Shown: piece by piece, positions 1-9,751 of the stretch
Layout of the letters: the number at the start of each line of letters is the position of its first letter
Position numbering within the stretch: the first letter of the stretch is position 1
NCBI GenBank assembly: GCA_964291235.2
Contig: OZ219815.1
Span: 32,001 to 96,000 of the forward strand
Length of the DNA: 64,000 nucleotides
Origin: Vicinamibacteria bacterium
GTDB lineage: Bacteria; Acidobacteriota; Vicinamibacteria; Marinacidobacterales; Marinacidobacteraceae
Direction of reading: 5' to 3'
Translations under genes and position numbers: made by a program
Notes under the pieces: model-generated
Seen by the model: the letters and a program-made list of their open reading frames with translations, nothing else
Databases searched by the model: none
What the model was told of the DNA's origin: nothing

Positions 1-336
1 AAAGAGGTCGGCAAGCTCGTCAAGTTCTGGGAGCGCGCCGCCGAACCGGTCTTCGACACCGGAATGCTCGAAGAGGAGCAGCCGCTTCCCTTCGTCCGTG
101 CCGGCAACGGCGCGGCCCCGGCGGCCGGCGGAACCCCCAAGGGCGATTCGCTGCTGCCCCAGGCCCGCGACCTCATTATCCGGGAGCAGAAGGCATCCAC
201 TTCCATGCTGCAGACCGAGATGGGCCTCGGCTATCAGCGAGCGCGGCGCATCGTCGCCGAACTCGAACGCCAGGGCGTGGTCGGCCCCGCCCACGGCGCC
301 AAGCCGCGCGACGTCCTGGTCGCTCCCCCCTCCTGA
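1..336 (+). CDS. ftsK: DNA translocase FtsK, C-terminal (gamma domain) end; 5'-truncated by window edge
   Basis: Open frame from base 1 to TGA 334-336; ...DSLLPQARDLIIREQKASTSMLQTEMGLGYQRARRIVAELERQGVVGPAHGAKPRDVL matches the FtsK-gamma winged-helix pattern (ASTSxLQR...GYxRAxR...GVVGP..G.KPR.VL). Confidence 0.9.
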   Translation, partial: KEVGKLVKFWERAAEPVFDTGMLEEEQPLPFVRAGNGAAPAAGGTPKGDSLLPQARDLIIREQKASTSMLQTEMGLGYQRARRIVAELERQGVVGPAHGAKPRDVLVAPPS

Positions 337-343
337 GTTGCCC

Positions 344-2248
344 GTGATCCCCGCGTCCCGCTCCGCCCGCCTTGCCGGGGCGGGCCTCGTCCTGCTCCTG
401 AGCGCCGGGGTGGCGGTGGCCGGTCCGGCTTCCGGCGCCGCGGCGACCAGGAGCGCGGGCGCCGGGCGCGCCCTGCAGACCGCCAAACAGCTCTACGAGG
501 CGGCGCGGCGGGCGGAGGAGTCGCTCCGGGGATCGACGAGCGCGATGCGCAACAAGGACCGGTGGGAGAGCGTCGGCCGGAAATACCGGGCCGTGGTTCT
601 TTCCTATCCCCGCAGCGGCTATTGCGACGACGCGCTCTACTACGCCGGAGGGATCTACGGCGACGCTGCCGAACGCTTCGACGACCGCCGCCTGGCGGTC
701 CGGGCCACCGACGCCTGGGCGCTGCTGGCCCGTGGGTATCCGGCAAGCCGCTGGGCGCCGAAGGCGCTCTACGAGCAGGTGCGCCTCTATGCCGGCCGGC
801 TCGACGACGAGGCCGCGGCGCGGCGCGCGTTCGAACGGCTGAAGCTCCGGGCGGCGCGGGCGGCCGAGACCCGGATGGCGGCCGCGATCCTCGACCCGCC
901 CGAGGCGGCCCCCGAGACGGCCCCCGAGCGGACCGCCGCACGGCCGGTCAAGGTTGCGGAGCCGCCCGCCCCGGCTGGCGAGCCGTCCGCCGGGGCTGGC
1001 AAGCAGGCGGCGCCGGTAAGACCCGAGCCCGCCGATCCGCCGACCACCGTCCGGAACATCCGCCACTGGGTCGGCGATTCGCACACCCGGGTGGTGATCG
1101 ACCTGAGCGGGCCGACGCCGCACACCGAGGGCCGGCTCACGAATCCGGACCGGGTGTTCTTCGACCTCCACGGCTCGACGCCGGACGACGAACTGGAGAG
1201 CCGGGCGTTCCCCATCGAAGGCTCCCACCTCCAACAGATCCGGCTCGGCATTCCCGAGCCCAGCACCACCCGGGTGGTGCTGGACTTTTCGAGCATCCGG
1301 GAGGTGACGGTCTTCGCGCTTCCCGATCCCTACCGGCTGGTGGTGGACATCCACGGAGCGCCCCCGGTGCAGGTGGCGGACGGCTCCGCCAGCGAGGCGG
1401 AGTCCGCTTCCGCCGCGGAGCGCGAAGCCGGCGACGCATCCCGGCCGCCGCCAGCCGGTTCCACCGGCGGCGAAGAGGAGACCTCGGCTTCCGTGCCGCG
1501 CCGCACCGAGGGCGGTTACTCGATGGCGCGCCAGCTCGGGGCCCGGGTGGGCCGCATCGTGATTGACGCGGGCCACGGCGGGAAGGACCCCGGCACCCAC
1601 GCCGGGAGTCTCCGGGAGAAGGACATCGCGCTCGACATCGCCAAGCGCCTCCGCGACGACCTCGAGGGGCGCGGCTTCGAAGTGATCATGACCCGGGACA
1701 AGGACGTCTTCATCCCCCTCGAGCAACGTGCCTTCATCGCCAACAGCCGCGAGGCGGACATCTTCGTTTCCGTCCACGTCAACGCCGCCGGAAACCGGAG
1801 GGCCCGGGGTCTCGAGACCTTCTACCTGAACCTGGCGACCACCGCGGACGCGGCGGAGGTGGCCGCCCGGGAAAACGCCACCACCGGCAAGGTCCGGATC
1901 GCCGATGTCCGGAAGCTGGTGGACCAGATCATGAACCACGACCGGAAAGAGGAATCCCGCGAACTCGCGACGACGATTCAGGCGCAGATCGCCGAGACCA
2001 TTCTGGGCCGGGTCAAGCACCCTCTGAACCGGGGGGTGAAGACCGCCGGGTTCCATGTGCTGCTGGGCGCGCAGATGCCCGCGGTGCTCGTCGAGGTCGG
2101 CTTCGTGAGCAACCGGGAGGAGGCGAGGCAGCTCCGCAGCGCGTCCCACCGGAAGAAAATGGCGGCGGCCATCGCCGACGGGATCGCGCGCTACGCGGAG
2201 ACCCTCGGCCAGGTCGTCCAGACGACCGCCGCCAAGGGCAACGAGTAG
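344..2248 (+). CDS. N-acetylmuramoyl-L-alanine amidase (AmiC-like: signal peptide, TPR-like region, AMIN domain, Amidase_3)
   Basis: IVIDAGHGGKDPG, EKDIAL, FVSVHVNA and PAVLVEVGFVSN Zn-amidase motifs; AMIN-type TRVVIDL..PDRVFFDL and RVVLD..PYRLVVDI; start placed at GTG 344 (TTG 338 alternative) just after the ftsK stop. Confidence 0.88.
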   Translation: MIPASRSARLAGAGLVLLLSAGVAVAGPASGAAATRSAGAGRALQTAKQLYEAARRAEESLRGSTSAMRNKDRWESVGRKYRAVVLSYPRSGYCDDALYYAGGIYGDAAERFDDRRLAVRATDAWALLARGYPASRWAPKALYEQVRLYAGRLDDEAAARRAFERLKLRAARAAETRMAAAILDPPEAAPETAPERTAARPVKVAEPPAPAGEPSAGAGKQAAPVRPEPADPPTTVRNIRHWVGDSHTRVVIDLSGPTPHTEGRLTNPDRVFFDLHGSTPDDELESRAFPIEGSHLQQIRLGIPEPSTTRVVLDFSSIREVTVFALPDPYRLVVDIHGAPPVQVADGSASEAESASAAEREAGDASRPPPAGSTGGEEETSASVPRRTEGGYSMARQLGARVGRIVIDAGHGGKDPGTHAGSLREKDIALDIAKRLRDDLEGRGFEVIMTRDKDVFIPLEQRAFIANSREADIFVSVHVNAAGNRRARGLETFYLNLATTADAAEVAARENATTGKVRIADVRKLVDQIMNHDRKEESRELATTIQAQIAETILGRVKHPLNRGVKTAGFHVLLGAQMPAVLVEVGFVSNREEARQLRSASHRKKMAAAIADGIARYAETLGQVVQTTAAKGNE

Positions 2249-2310
2249 CAGGCGAGGAGCGCCGCAAAGCGCCAGTTCTCCCGGTGTGGGGGGGCGGCCA
2301 GTCCTCCGTG

Positions 2311-2749
2311 ACGCTGGTGGTCCGTTCCGCCGCCCCGCCTGCGGCGGGGCTGTGCCGATCTGGAGATCGGCGTTCCATTGCGGTCGCCCGCCGCCTGCGC
2401 TCGTGGTGGTTCGTCCCGCCGCCCCGCCTGCGGCGGGGCTGTGCCGATCTGGAGATCGGCGTTCCATTGCGGTCGCCCGCCGTTTGCGCTCGTGAGGGTC
2501 CGTCCCGCCGCCCCGCCGGCGGCGGGGCTGTGCCGATCTGGAGATCGGCGTTCCAGTGCGGTCGCCCGCCGTCTGCGCTCGTGCGGGTCCGTCCCGCCGC
2601 CCCGCCTGCGGCGGCGCTGTGCCGATCTGGAGATCGGCGTTCCATTGCGGTCGCCCGCCGTTTGCGCTCGTGAGGGTCCGTCCCGCCGCCCCGCCTGCGG
2701 CGGGGCTGTGCCGATCTGGAGATCGGCGTTCCATTGCGGTCGCCCGCCG
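2311..2749. repeat. Tandem array of ~5 x 89-bp REP-like units (array 1)
   Basis: GATCTGGAGATC recurs at 2357, 2446, 2535, 2624, 2713 (period 89); each unit holds two hairpins, GCCCCGCC-TGC-GGCGGGGC and GCCGATC-TGGA-GATCGGC. Confidence 0.95.
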
Positions 2750-2772
2750 CCCCGGCTGGGGCGGGGCTAAGC

Positions 2773-3024
2773 CAAAAAAACAAATGGTGGCGAACCTCGG
2801 GTTCGCCGCCTGCCTGACCGGGGGAAAGTGTGAAAGGGGGAGCCCCCCCTTTCACAAAAACAACTACTCCCATCGCAACTTGCCGCAGCCCGCCGAAGGC
2901 GGGCAAGGAAGTTCCGATGGCCGACGCGCAGCGTCGGGTGGACCCTGGACGGGGCCCCTACGCAAGGAGAATTGAAGATTCCGACTCAGGCTGCCCGGAG
3001 TTCGGGGCCCCGTCCAGGGTCCAC
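2773..3024 (+). repeat. Dispersed multi-hairpin element, copy A
   Basis: GGTGGCGAAC..GTTCGCCGCC; GGGGAAAGTGTGAAAGGGGG-AGCC-CCCCCTTTCACA; CCATCGCAACTT..CCGAAGG..AAGTTCCGATGG; CCGACGC-GCA-GCGTCGG; perfect 21-bp inverted repeat 2938-2958/3004-3024. Same architecture at four other loci. Confidence 0.85.
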
Positions 3025-3035
3025 TCCGGCCTGGG

Positions 3036-3108
<73 letters not shown>

Positions 3109-3169
3109 TACGGGCGCCCGCTCGCTTACGGGCGCGGTAGTTTGGCACAGCGCGGAGGCCGACCGCCGG

Positions 3170-4234
3170 TCAGCCCTCGGTGGCTTCCTCCTCGTCCTCG
3201 CCGTCGAGGCCGAGCGCCTTCCGCACCCGTGCTTCCACCTCTGCCGCCAGCGGTTCGTCCTCGAGCAGCGCGCGACGGGTCCGCTCGCGCCCCTGACCGA
3301 TCTGTTCGCCCTGGTAGGAGTACCAGGCGCCGCTCTTTTCGATGATCCGCTCGCGGACCGCGAGGTCGATCAGGTCACCGGCCCGCGAAATCCCCTCGCC
3401 GTAGCGGACGTCGAACTCCGCCTGCCGGAAGGGAGGGGCCACCTTGTTCTTGACCACCTTGATCCGCGTCCGGTTGCCGATCACCGCGTCGCCTTCCTTC
3501 AGGGCGCCGATCCGCCGGATGTCCACGCGAACCGAGGAATAGAACTTGAGCGCCCGTCCACCGGTGGTGGTCTCCGGGTTGCCGAACATGACCCCGATCT
3601 TTTCCCGGAGCTGGTTGATGAAAACGAGGCAGGTGGACGACTTGGAGACGATCCCGGTGAGCTTGCGCAGCGCCTTCGACATGAGCCGCGCCTGCAGGCC
3701 CACCTGGGCGTCCCCCATTTCCCCGTCGAGCTCGGCGCGCGGCACGAGCGCGGCGACGGAGTCCACCACCACGACGTCCACCGACCCGCTGCGGACGAGC
3801 GTCTCGGTGATCTCGAGTGCCTGCTCGCCGTCATCCGGCTGGGAAACGAGCAGCTCGTCCGTTTTGACCCCGAGCGCCCGGCAATAGTCCGGATCGAGCG
3901 CGTGCTCGGCGTCCACGAAGGCCGCAACGCCGCCGAGCGCCTGGGCGGAGGCCACCACGGTGAGCGCGAGCGTGGTCTTTCCGGAGGACTCCGGGCCGTA
4001 AACCTCCACCACCCGGCCGCGGGGGAAGCCTCCCACGCCGAGGGCGGCGTCCACGGAGATGATTCCGGTCGGAATGGAGGACACGTCGAGGGCGGACGAT
4101 CCGAGGCGCATGATGGCGCCGCGGCCGTGTTGTTTTTCGATCTGCCCGAGGGCGATGTCGAGGGCGCGGGAGCGCTGGTCGGCGCTCTTTGATTGCTTGG
4201 CGTCTGGCGACGCTTTCCTTGCATTTGGCGACAT
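3170..4234 (-). CDS. recA: Recombinase RecA
   Basis: GPESSGKTT Walker [60 protein letters not shown]. Confidence 0.99.
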   Translation of the reverse strand: MSPNARKASPDAKQSKSADQRSRALDIALGQIEKQHGRGAIMRLGSSALDVSSIPTGIISVDAALGVGGFPRGRVVEVYGPESSGKTTLALTVVASAQALGGVAAFVDAEHALDPDYCRALGVKTDELLVSQPDDGEQALEITETLVRSGSVDVVVVDSVAALVPRAELDGEMGDAQVGLQARLMSKALRKLTGIVSKSSTCLVFINQLREKIGVMFGNPETTTGGRALKFYSSVRVDIRRIGALKEGDAVIGNRTRIKVVKNKVAPPFRQAEFDVRYGEGISRAGDLIDLAVRERIIEKSGAWYSYQGEQIGQGRERTRRALLEDEPLAAEVEARVRKALGLDGEDEEEATEG

Positions 4235-4370
4235 GGGTGGCGGGAGTCTCCTCGTGGGAAATGGGCGCCCCTGCCCCGGAATGGGCGGTGCGGCTTTACT
4301 GCTCTACAGGCTAAGACGTAATTGAGCCAAATTTTGTCCCACCCTGCGGATCTCGCCCTTCGGAGCGGCG

Positions 4371-5249
4371 CTAACGGCCCGCCGCACCCGAGTAGTCGTA
4401 GAAGCCACGGCCGGTCTTTCGGCCCAGCCGGCCCGCGTCCACGAGCTTCACGAGCAGCGGGCACGGGCGATAGCGGGGGTCGCCGAATCCGTCCTGCAGC
4501 ACCCGCAGGATGTCCAGGACCACGTCGAGGCCGATGAGATCGGCGAGGGCGAGCGGCCCCATCGGGTGGCGCATCCCCAGCTTCATGATCCGGTCGATGT
4601 CCTCCGCGGTCCCCACCCCCTCCATGAGGGCAAAGGCGGCCTCGTTGATCATGGGGATGAGGACCCGGTTCGAGACGAACCCGGGAGCGTCGTTGACCGC
4701 GCAGGGCGTCTTCCCGAGGCGGCGCGCCAGGTCCATGGTGGTCTCGAAGGTGGCGTCGGAGGTCTCCAGACCCCGGATGACCTCCACCAGCTCCATGACC
4801 GGCACCGGGTTCATGAAGTGCATGCCGATGAAGCGTTCGGAGCGGCCGGTCGCGGCTCCGAGCCGGGTGATGGAGATGGACGAGGTGTTCGTCGCGAGGA
4901 TGGCCTGCGGCGGCAGGAGCGGCTCGAGCGCCGCGTAGAGCGAGAGCTTGGCGGCCTCGTTCTCGACGATGGCCTCCACCGCGAATCCGGCGCCGGCGGC
5001 CGCCGCCAGCTCCGTTCCCGGGTGAATCCGGCGAAACGCCGCCTGCGCCTCGGGCTCGGAGAGCGTTCCGCGCTTCACCTGGCGCCCCAGGTTCTTCTCG
5101 ACGGTCGCCATGCCGCGCGCGGTGAACTCTTCCTTGATGTCCACCAGGTCCACCTCGACGCCGGCCACGGCGAAGACCTGGGCGATGCCGTTCCCCATGG
5201 TCCCGGCGCCGACCACCAGCGCCCGCCGCACGGCGTCCGAATCAGGCAC
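4371..5249 (-). CDS. 3-hydroxybutyryl-CoA / 3-hydroxyacyl-CoA dehydrogenase
   Basis: [11 protein letters not shown] Rossmann motif, [39 protein letters not shown]; overlaps the thiolase stop. Confidence 0.93.
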   Translation of the reverse strand: MPDSDAVRRALVVGAGTMGNGIAQVFAVAGVEVDLVDIKEEFTARGMATVEKNLGRQVKRGTLSEPEAQAAFRRIHPGTELAAAAGAGFAVEAIVENEAAKLSLYAALEPLLPPQAILATNTSSISITRLGAATGRSERFIGMHFMNPVPVMELVEVIRGLETSDATFETTMDLARRLGKTPCAVNDAPGFVSNRVLIPMINEAAFALMEGVGTAEDIDRIMKLGMRHPMGPLALADLIGLDVVLDILRVLQDGFGDPRYRPCPLLVKLVDAGRLGRKTGRGFYDYSGAAGR

Positions 5250-6459
5250 GTTCCACTCCCAGCGCCACCCCGTTGCCGCCGCCCAGGCAGAGACTCGCCA
5301 CTCCGCGGTCCAGCTTTCCCTCCCGCAGCAGATAGAGCAGAGTGGTGAGGATGCGAGCCCCGCTCGCGCCGATGGGATGGCCGAGCGCGACGGCCCCGCC
5401 GTTCACGTTCGTCCGCTCGGCCGGAAGCCCGAGTTCCGCCTGCACCGCGACCGCCTGGGCCGCGAACGCCTCGTTGATCTCGAAGAGATCCACCCCGTCC
5501 ACCGTCCAGCCGAGCCGGTCGAGGAGCTTTCGGACCGCGGGCACCGGGGTCATCATGACCCACCCGGGTTCGAGCCCCGAGACCGCCTGCCCGGTGATCC
5601 GCGCGAGACGCGGCAGGCGGTGCCGGCGGACGGCGGCGTCCGAGGCGATCACGAGCGCGGCGGCGCCGTCGTTCACCCCCGGGGCGTTCCCGGCGGTCAC
5701 CCGGCCGCCCGCGCGAAAGACCGGACGGAGCCGGGCCAGCGACTCCGCGTTCGCTTCCGGCCGGATCGACTCGTCCCGCTCCACCACCACCGGACCCTTC
5801 CGCGCCGGTACCTCGACGGGGAGAATCTCGGCGGCGAAGCGGCCGGCCTCGGTGGCGGCGTGGGCGCGGCGCTGGCTTTCGGCGGCGTAGGCGTCCATCG
5901 CCTCGCGGGTCACCCCGTAGCGGTCGGCGACCCGCTCCGCGGTCTCGCCCATGTGGATGTCCTCGAAGGCGTCGGTCAGCCCGTCGTGCACCATCGAATC
6001 CACGAGGCTCCCGTCCCCCATCTTCGATCCCGCCCGCATGCCCGACACGAGGTGGGGAGCGTTCGACATGGACTCCATGCCGCCCGCGACCACCACGTCG
6101 GCATCGCCGGCGAGGATCGCCTGGCGGGCGAGCATGACCGCCTTCAGCCCGGACCCGCACACCTTGTTGATGGTGAGCGCCCCGACCGCGGGGGACAGCC
6201 CGGCGCCGAGCGCGGCCTGGCGCGCCGGGTTCTGACCGATCCCGGCGGTGAGGACGTTGCCGAGGATGACCTCTTCCACCGCATCCGGGGGCGCTCCGGC
6301 CCGTTCCACCGCCTCCCGGACCACCAGGGCCCCGAGTTTCGGGGCGGGGAGCGGCGAAAGTCCGCCGAGCAGCTTGCCGATCGGGGTGCGAACCGCGGAC
6401 GAGATCCAGACCGCGGGCGGCCCGTTCGCTCCGGGCTGCTCCCTGGCCCCCTCGCTCAT
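5242..6459 (-). CDS. Acetyl-CoA C-acetyltransferase (thiolase)
   Basis: [24 protein letters not shown] (catalytic Cys), [19 protein letters not shown]. Confidence 0.95.
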   Translation of the reverse strand: MSEGAREQPGANGPPAVWISSAVRTPIGKLLGGLSPLPAPKLGALVVREAVERAGAPPDAVEEVILGNVLTAGIGQNPARQAALGAGLSPAVGALTINKVCGSGLKAVMLARQAILAGDADVVVAGGMESMSNAPHLVSGMRAGSKMGDGSLVDSMVHDGLTDAFEDIHMGETAERVADRYGVTREAMDAYAAESQRRAHAATEAGRFAAEILPVEVPARKGPVVVERDESIRPEANAESLARLRPVFRAGGRVTAGNAPGVNDGAAALVIASDAAVRRHRLPRLARITGQAVSGLEPGWVMMTPVPAVRKLLDRLGWTVDGVDLFEINEAFAAQAVAVQAELGLPAERTNVNGGAVALGHPIGASGARILTTLLYLLREGKLDRGVASLCLGGGNGVALGVERA

Positions 6460-6830
6460 GCCGCCGGCCCTCCGGCGGCCTCGTCCCGGGCCAGCGAGAG
6501 GCTCCCGAATTCGACCCGGATCCGCAGGCTGGCGTCCGGAAGGCCGGCGGCGCGCACCAGGTTCCGGGCGATCTCCGTTCGGCGGCGGTGCGCCTCGGCG
6601 CGGATTCGCGGATCGTCGGTGACGATCGTCAGGATGCGCCGCTCGACGCGCACCGGAACGGCGTTCCGGGCAATCCCTTCGGGCACCGCGCGGTCCCAGA
6701 GCGTCTTCAGGAACTCGAGGTCCAGAACCCGGCCCTGCTCCCGGCGCGGCAGCGCCAGCCCGAGAAGCTCCCCGAGCCGGACCGGGTCGCCACCCCGCCC
6801 CGAGGGAGGCGGCGGGGGAACACTCGGCAT
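6456..6830 (-). CDS. DUF721 / DciA-family protein
   Basis: LGELL...[33 protein letters not shown] resembles the DUF721 W..AVG..IA....P...L.V pattern; ATGA overlap with thiolase. Confidence 0.65.
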   Translation of the reverse strand: MPSVPPPPPSGRGGDPVRLGELLGLALPRREQGRVLDLEFLKTLWDRAVPEGIARNAVPVRVERRILTIVTDDPRIRAEAHRRRTEIARNLVRAAGLPDASLRIRVEFGSLSLARDEAAGGPAA

Positions 6831-6954
6831 GGAAACATCGTAGCGTGGCGGAGGGCCCCCGGCGCAGCCAGTCTCACCGGGGCGCAAACCTCAAATTCGC
6901 CCGTACGGCTGGTATAGTCGAATGAAATTGGGAACTCGATCCGGAGGGACTTCA

Positions 6955-7635
6955 ATGGCCCAGACCAGGTATCCGAAAACGCCTCCCGGGGATCACCCCG
7001 ACGAGCGCACCGAGACCGCTGAGACCGAGGCGCGGGGACCATTTTCCCGACGCCAGTTCCTGCGGGGAAGCGCCGCCGCCGGCGCCGCCTCCGCGGGGCT
7101 GCTGTCCGGCTTCCTCGACGAAGCCGCGGCTCAGGGAGAGCCGGGGGTCGCCGGCCCGGGCGCCGTGGACATGTCGTTCCGGATCAACGGGAAGGCGTAC
7201 GTCGCCACCCTCGAGCCCCGGGTCACGTTGCTCGACGCGCTCCGCAACCACCTCGACCTGACCGGCGCCAAGAAGGTCTGCGACCGCGGCACCTGCGGCG
7301 CCTGCACGGTGCTGCTGAACGGCGATCCGGTCTACGCCTGCTCGGTGCTCGCGATCGAGGCGCAGGGCGCCGACATCACCACCATCGAGGGCATCGGCTC
7401 GCCGGCGGAGATGCACCCCATCCAGCAGGCGTTCGTGGACAACGACGCCCAGCAGTGCGGCTTCTGCACCCCGGGTTTCGTGGTCGCCAGCGCGGCGCTC
7501 CTGAACCGTCATCCGAACCCCGACCCGGACACCGTCCACCGGGAGCTCGGCGGCAATCTGTGCCGCTGCGGCACCTATGCCGGCGTCCGGGCGGCCGTAG
7601 CCCAGGCGGCCGGAGGAGGAACCACCAATGGCTGA
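6955..7635 (+). CDS. Aldehyde oxidoreductase/xanthine dehydrogenase family [2Fe-2S] subunit with Tat signal (PaoA-like)
   Basis: SRRQFLRG twin-arginine motif; CDRGTCGACTV..C and QCGFC...GNLCRCGTY; RBS GGAGG before ATG 6955. Confidence 0.92.
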   Translation: MAQTRYPKTPPGDHPDERTETAETEARGPFSRRQFLRGSAAAGAASAGLLSGFLDEAAAQGEPGVAGPGAVDMSFRINGKAYVATLEPRVTLLDALRNHLDLTGAKKVCDRGTCGACTVLLNGDPVYACSVLAIEAQGADITTIEGIGSPAEMHPIQQAFVDNDAQQCGFCTPGFVVASAALLNRHPNPDPDTVHRELGGNLCRCGTYAGVRAAVAQAAGGGTTNG

Positions 7636-9751
7636 GTACACCTGGCCCGCCGCTGGCGACCGCCTGCACATCGGCAAACGCATCAGTCGTCTCGACGGCC
7701 CGGTCAAGGCGACCGGACAAGCGAAGTACGCCTATGACATGAACCGGCTCGGAATGCTCTGGGCGATCATGGTTCAGAGTCCGCACGCCCACGCCCGCAT
7801 CACCGGCATCGACACCTCGGCGGCCGAAGCGATGGACGGCGTGGTCAAGGTCCACATCATTCAGGACGTGGGAACCGAGATCCAGTGGGCCCACGACGAG
7901 ATCGTGGTGGTGGCGGCCACCTCCGAAGAGGTGGCGCGCGACGCCGCGGCCGCGGTGAAGATCGACTTCGAGGTGCTCCCGCACTTCGTGAACGAGCGCG
8001 CCGTGGACGAGGCGCCCGACGCCCAGCCCGCCCAGGCGGAGACCACCGGGGATCCGGCCGCCGCGATGGGCTCGGCGGCGCACACGTCGAACGACAGCTA
8101 CCACGCGGCGCAGATCGCCCACTGCTCCCTCGAATCCCACGGCCAGGTGGCCGAGTGGCAGGACGAGGAGACGGTGACGCTCTGGGCCTCCACCCAGGCC
8201 ATTTCCGGCGTGGCCTCGCAGCTTGGCGAGGCCATCGGTATCCCGGCCTCCAACGTCCACGTCGAGACCCAGTACATGGGCGGCGGCTTCGGCAGCAAGT
8301 TCAGCGTGGACCGCTGGGGCGTGGTCTGCGCGGAACTCGCGCGCATGACCGGGCGCCCGGTGAAGCTGATGCTCGACCGCGACCAGGAGGTGAGCGTCGC
8401 CGGCGCCCGCCCGTCCACCCACGCCGAGGTCTCGGCCGGCGCCGACGGCGACGGCAACGTGGTGGCCTGGGATTCGAAGAGCTGGGGATCCGGAGGTCCG
8501 GCCGGCGCCGGATCGCCGCCGATTCCCTACGTGTTCAGCTTCGACAACCAGACCCACGCCCACACCTCGGTGCCGACCAACACCGGACCGGCACGGGCCT
8601 GGCGGGCCCCGAACCACCCGCAGGCGTGCTTCGTCACCATGCGGGCGCTCGAGGACCTCGCCCACACGGCGGGGATGGACCCGCTCGATTTCTTCCTGAA
8701 GAACATCGACAAGACCGGCGAGCGCTCGGGCGTCTATACCGAGGAACTCGAGAAGGGCGCCGAACTCATGGGCTGGCGCGATCGCTGGCGTCCGCGCGGC
8801 TCGGCCACCGGGACCGTGCGGTCCGGACTCGGACTCGCGCTCCACACCTGGGGCGGCCGCGGCCACCGGAGCAACTGCGAGGTACTCGCCTACCGCGACG
8901 GGCTGGTCGAAGCCCGCATCGGGAGTCAGGACCTCGGCACCGGGACCCGCACGATCATCGCCATGGTGCTCGCCGAGACCTTCGGCCTCGGCATCGAGCA
9001 GGTCAAGGTGACCATGGGGCGGAGCGTGCTTCCGGCCTCCGGCGCCTCGGGCGGCAGCACCACGGTGGGAGGGGTCAGCGGCTCGACCCGCCGCGCGGCG
9101 CTCAACGCGGTGGACGCGGTGTGCGAGCGGATCGCGCCGCGGCTCGGGACCGAGATGGCGAACCTCGAGCTCAAGGGCGGCCAGCTCCACTTCAAGGACG
9201 GCTCGATGGCCGCGATGCCCTGGCGACAGGCGGCGGCCCTCATCGGGGTGAACCCGGTGTCGGCGACGGGCGCCAACCCGGGCCCGGGTCAACTGAACGA
9301 CAGCGGAGTGGGCGGCGTCCAGATGGCCGACGTCAGCGTGGACATGGAGACCGGAGTGGTTTCCATCAACCGGCTGGTGGCGGTCCAGGACTGCGGGCTC
9401 GTCCTCGACCTGAAGACAGCGGAGAGCCAGGTGTACGGGGCGCTCATCATGGGCGTCACCTACGCGCTCACCGAGGAGCGGGTCTTCGACCCCCACACCG
9501 GCCTCATGCTGAACGCCGACATGGAGTTCTACAAACTGGCCGGAATCGAGGATGTGGGCGAGATGATCGTCCACATGATGACCGGACCCGGCTACGACGA
9601 GCGGGGCGTGATCGGGCTCGGTGAGCCGCCGGTCATCGCGCCGGGAGCGGCGATCGCCAACGCGGCGTCGAACGCCGCCGGGGTCCCGATCAACGAAATG
9701 CCGATGACGCCCGAGCGAGTGCTCGCGGCAATCAACGGAGGGATGGCCTGA
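7628..9751 (+). CDS. Xanthine dehydrogenase family molybdopterin-binding (large) subunit
   Basis: RLDGPVKATGQAKY, SPHAHARI, MGGGFGSK, WRAP, QDLGTG, GGSTT, GLGEPP (catalytic Glu motif). Confidence 0.93.
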   Translation: MAEYTWPAAGDRLHIGKRISRLDGPVKATGQAKYAYDMNRLGMLWAIMVQSPHAHARITGIDTSAAEAMDGVVKVHIIQDVGTEIQWAHDEIVVVAATSEEVARDAAAAVKIDFEVLPHFVNERAVDEAPDAQPAQAETTGDPAAAMGSAAHTSNDSYHAAQIAHCSLESHGQVAEWQDEETVTLWASTQAISGVASQLGEAIGIPASNVHVETQYMGGGFGSKFSVDRWGVVCAELARMTGRPVKLMLDRDQEVSVAGARPSTHAEVSAGADGDGNVVAWDSKSWGSGGPAGAGSPPIPYVFSFDNQTHAHTSVPTNTGPARAWRAPNHPQACFVTMRALEDLAHTAGMDPLDFFLKNIDKTGERSGVYTEELEKGAELMGWRDRWRPRGSATGTVRSGLGLALHTWGGRGHRSNCEVLAYRDGLVEARIGSQDLGTGTRTIIAMVLAETFGLGIEQVKVTMGRSVLPASGASGGSTTVGGVSGSTRRAALNAVDAVCERIAPRLGTEMANLELKGGQLHFKDGSMAAMPWRQAAALIGVNPVSATGANPGPGQLNDSGVGGVQMADVSVDMETGVVSINRLVAVQDCGLVLDLKTAESQVYGALIMGVTYALTEERVFDPHTGLMLNADMEFYKLAGIEDVGEMIVHMMTGPGYDERGVIGLGEPPVIAPGAAIANAASNAAGVPINEMPMTPERVLAAINGGMA

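Noticed and set aside
176-2734. 852-aa minus-strand ORF and similar large antisense ORFs (e.g. 34620-38132, 48968-51862, 7376-9574)
   Set aside because: Shadow ORFs opposite well-supported genes in high-GC DNA, with no recognisable motifs.
2773-3024. Interpreting the multi-hairpin elements as plain rho-independent terminators, riboswitches or retron msr-msd
   Set aside because: They are far more complex than a terminator, and copy C sits beside a separate canonical terminator; they lie at 3' ends rather than in leaders; there is no reverse transcriptase in the window.
4235-4370. LexA/SOS box upstream of recA
   Set aside because: I could not identify a convincing match to the LexA box types I know.
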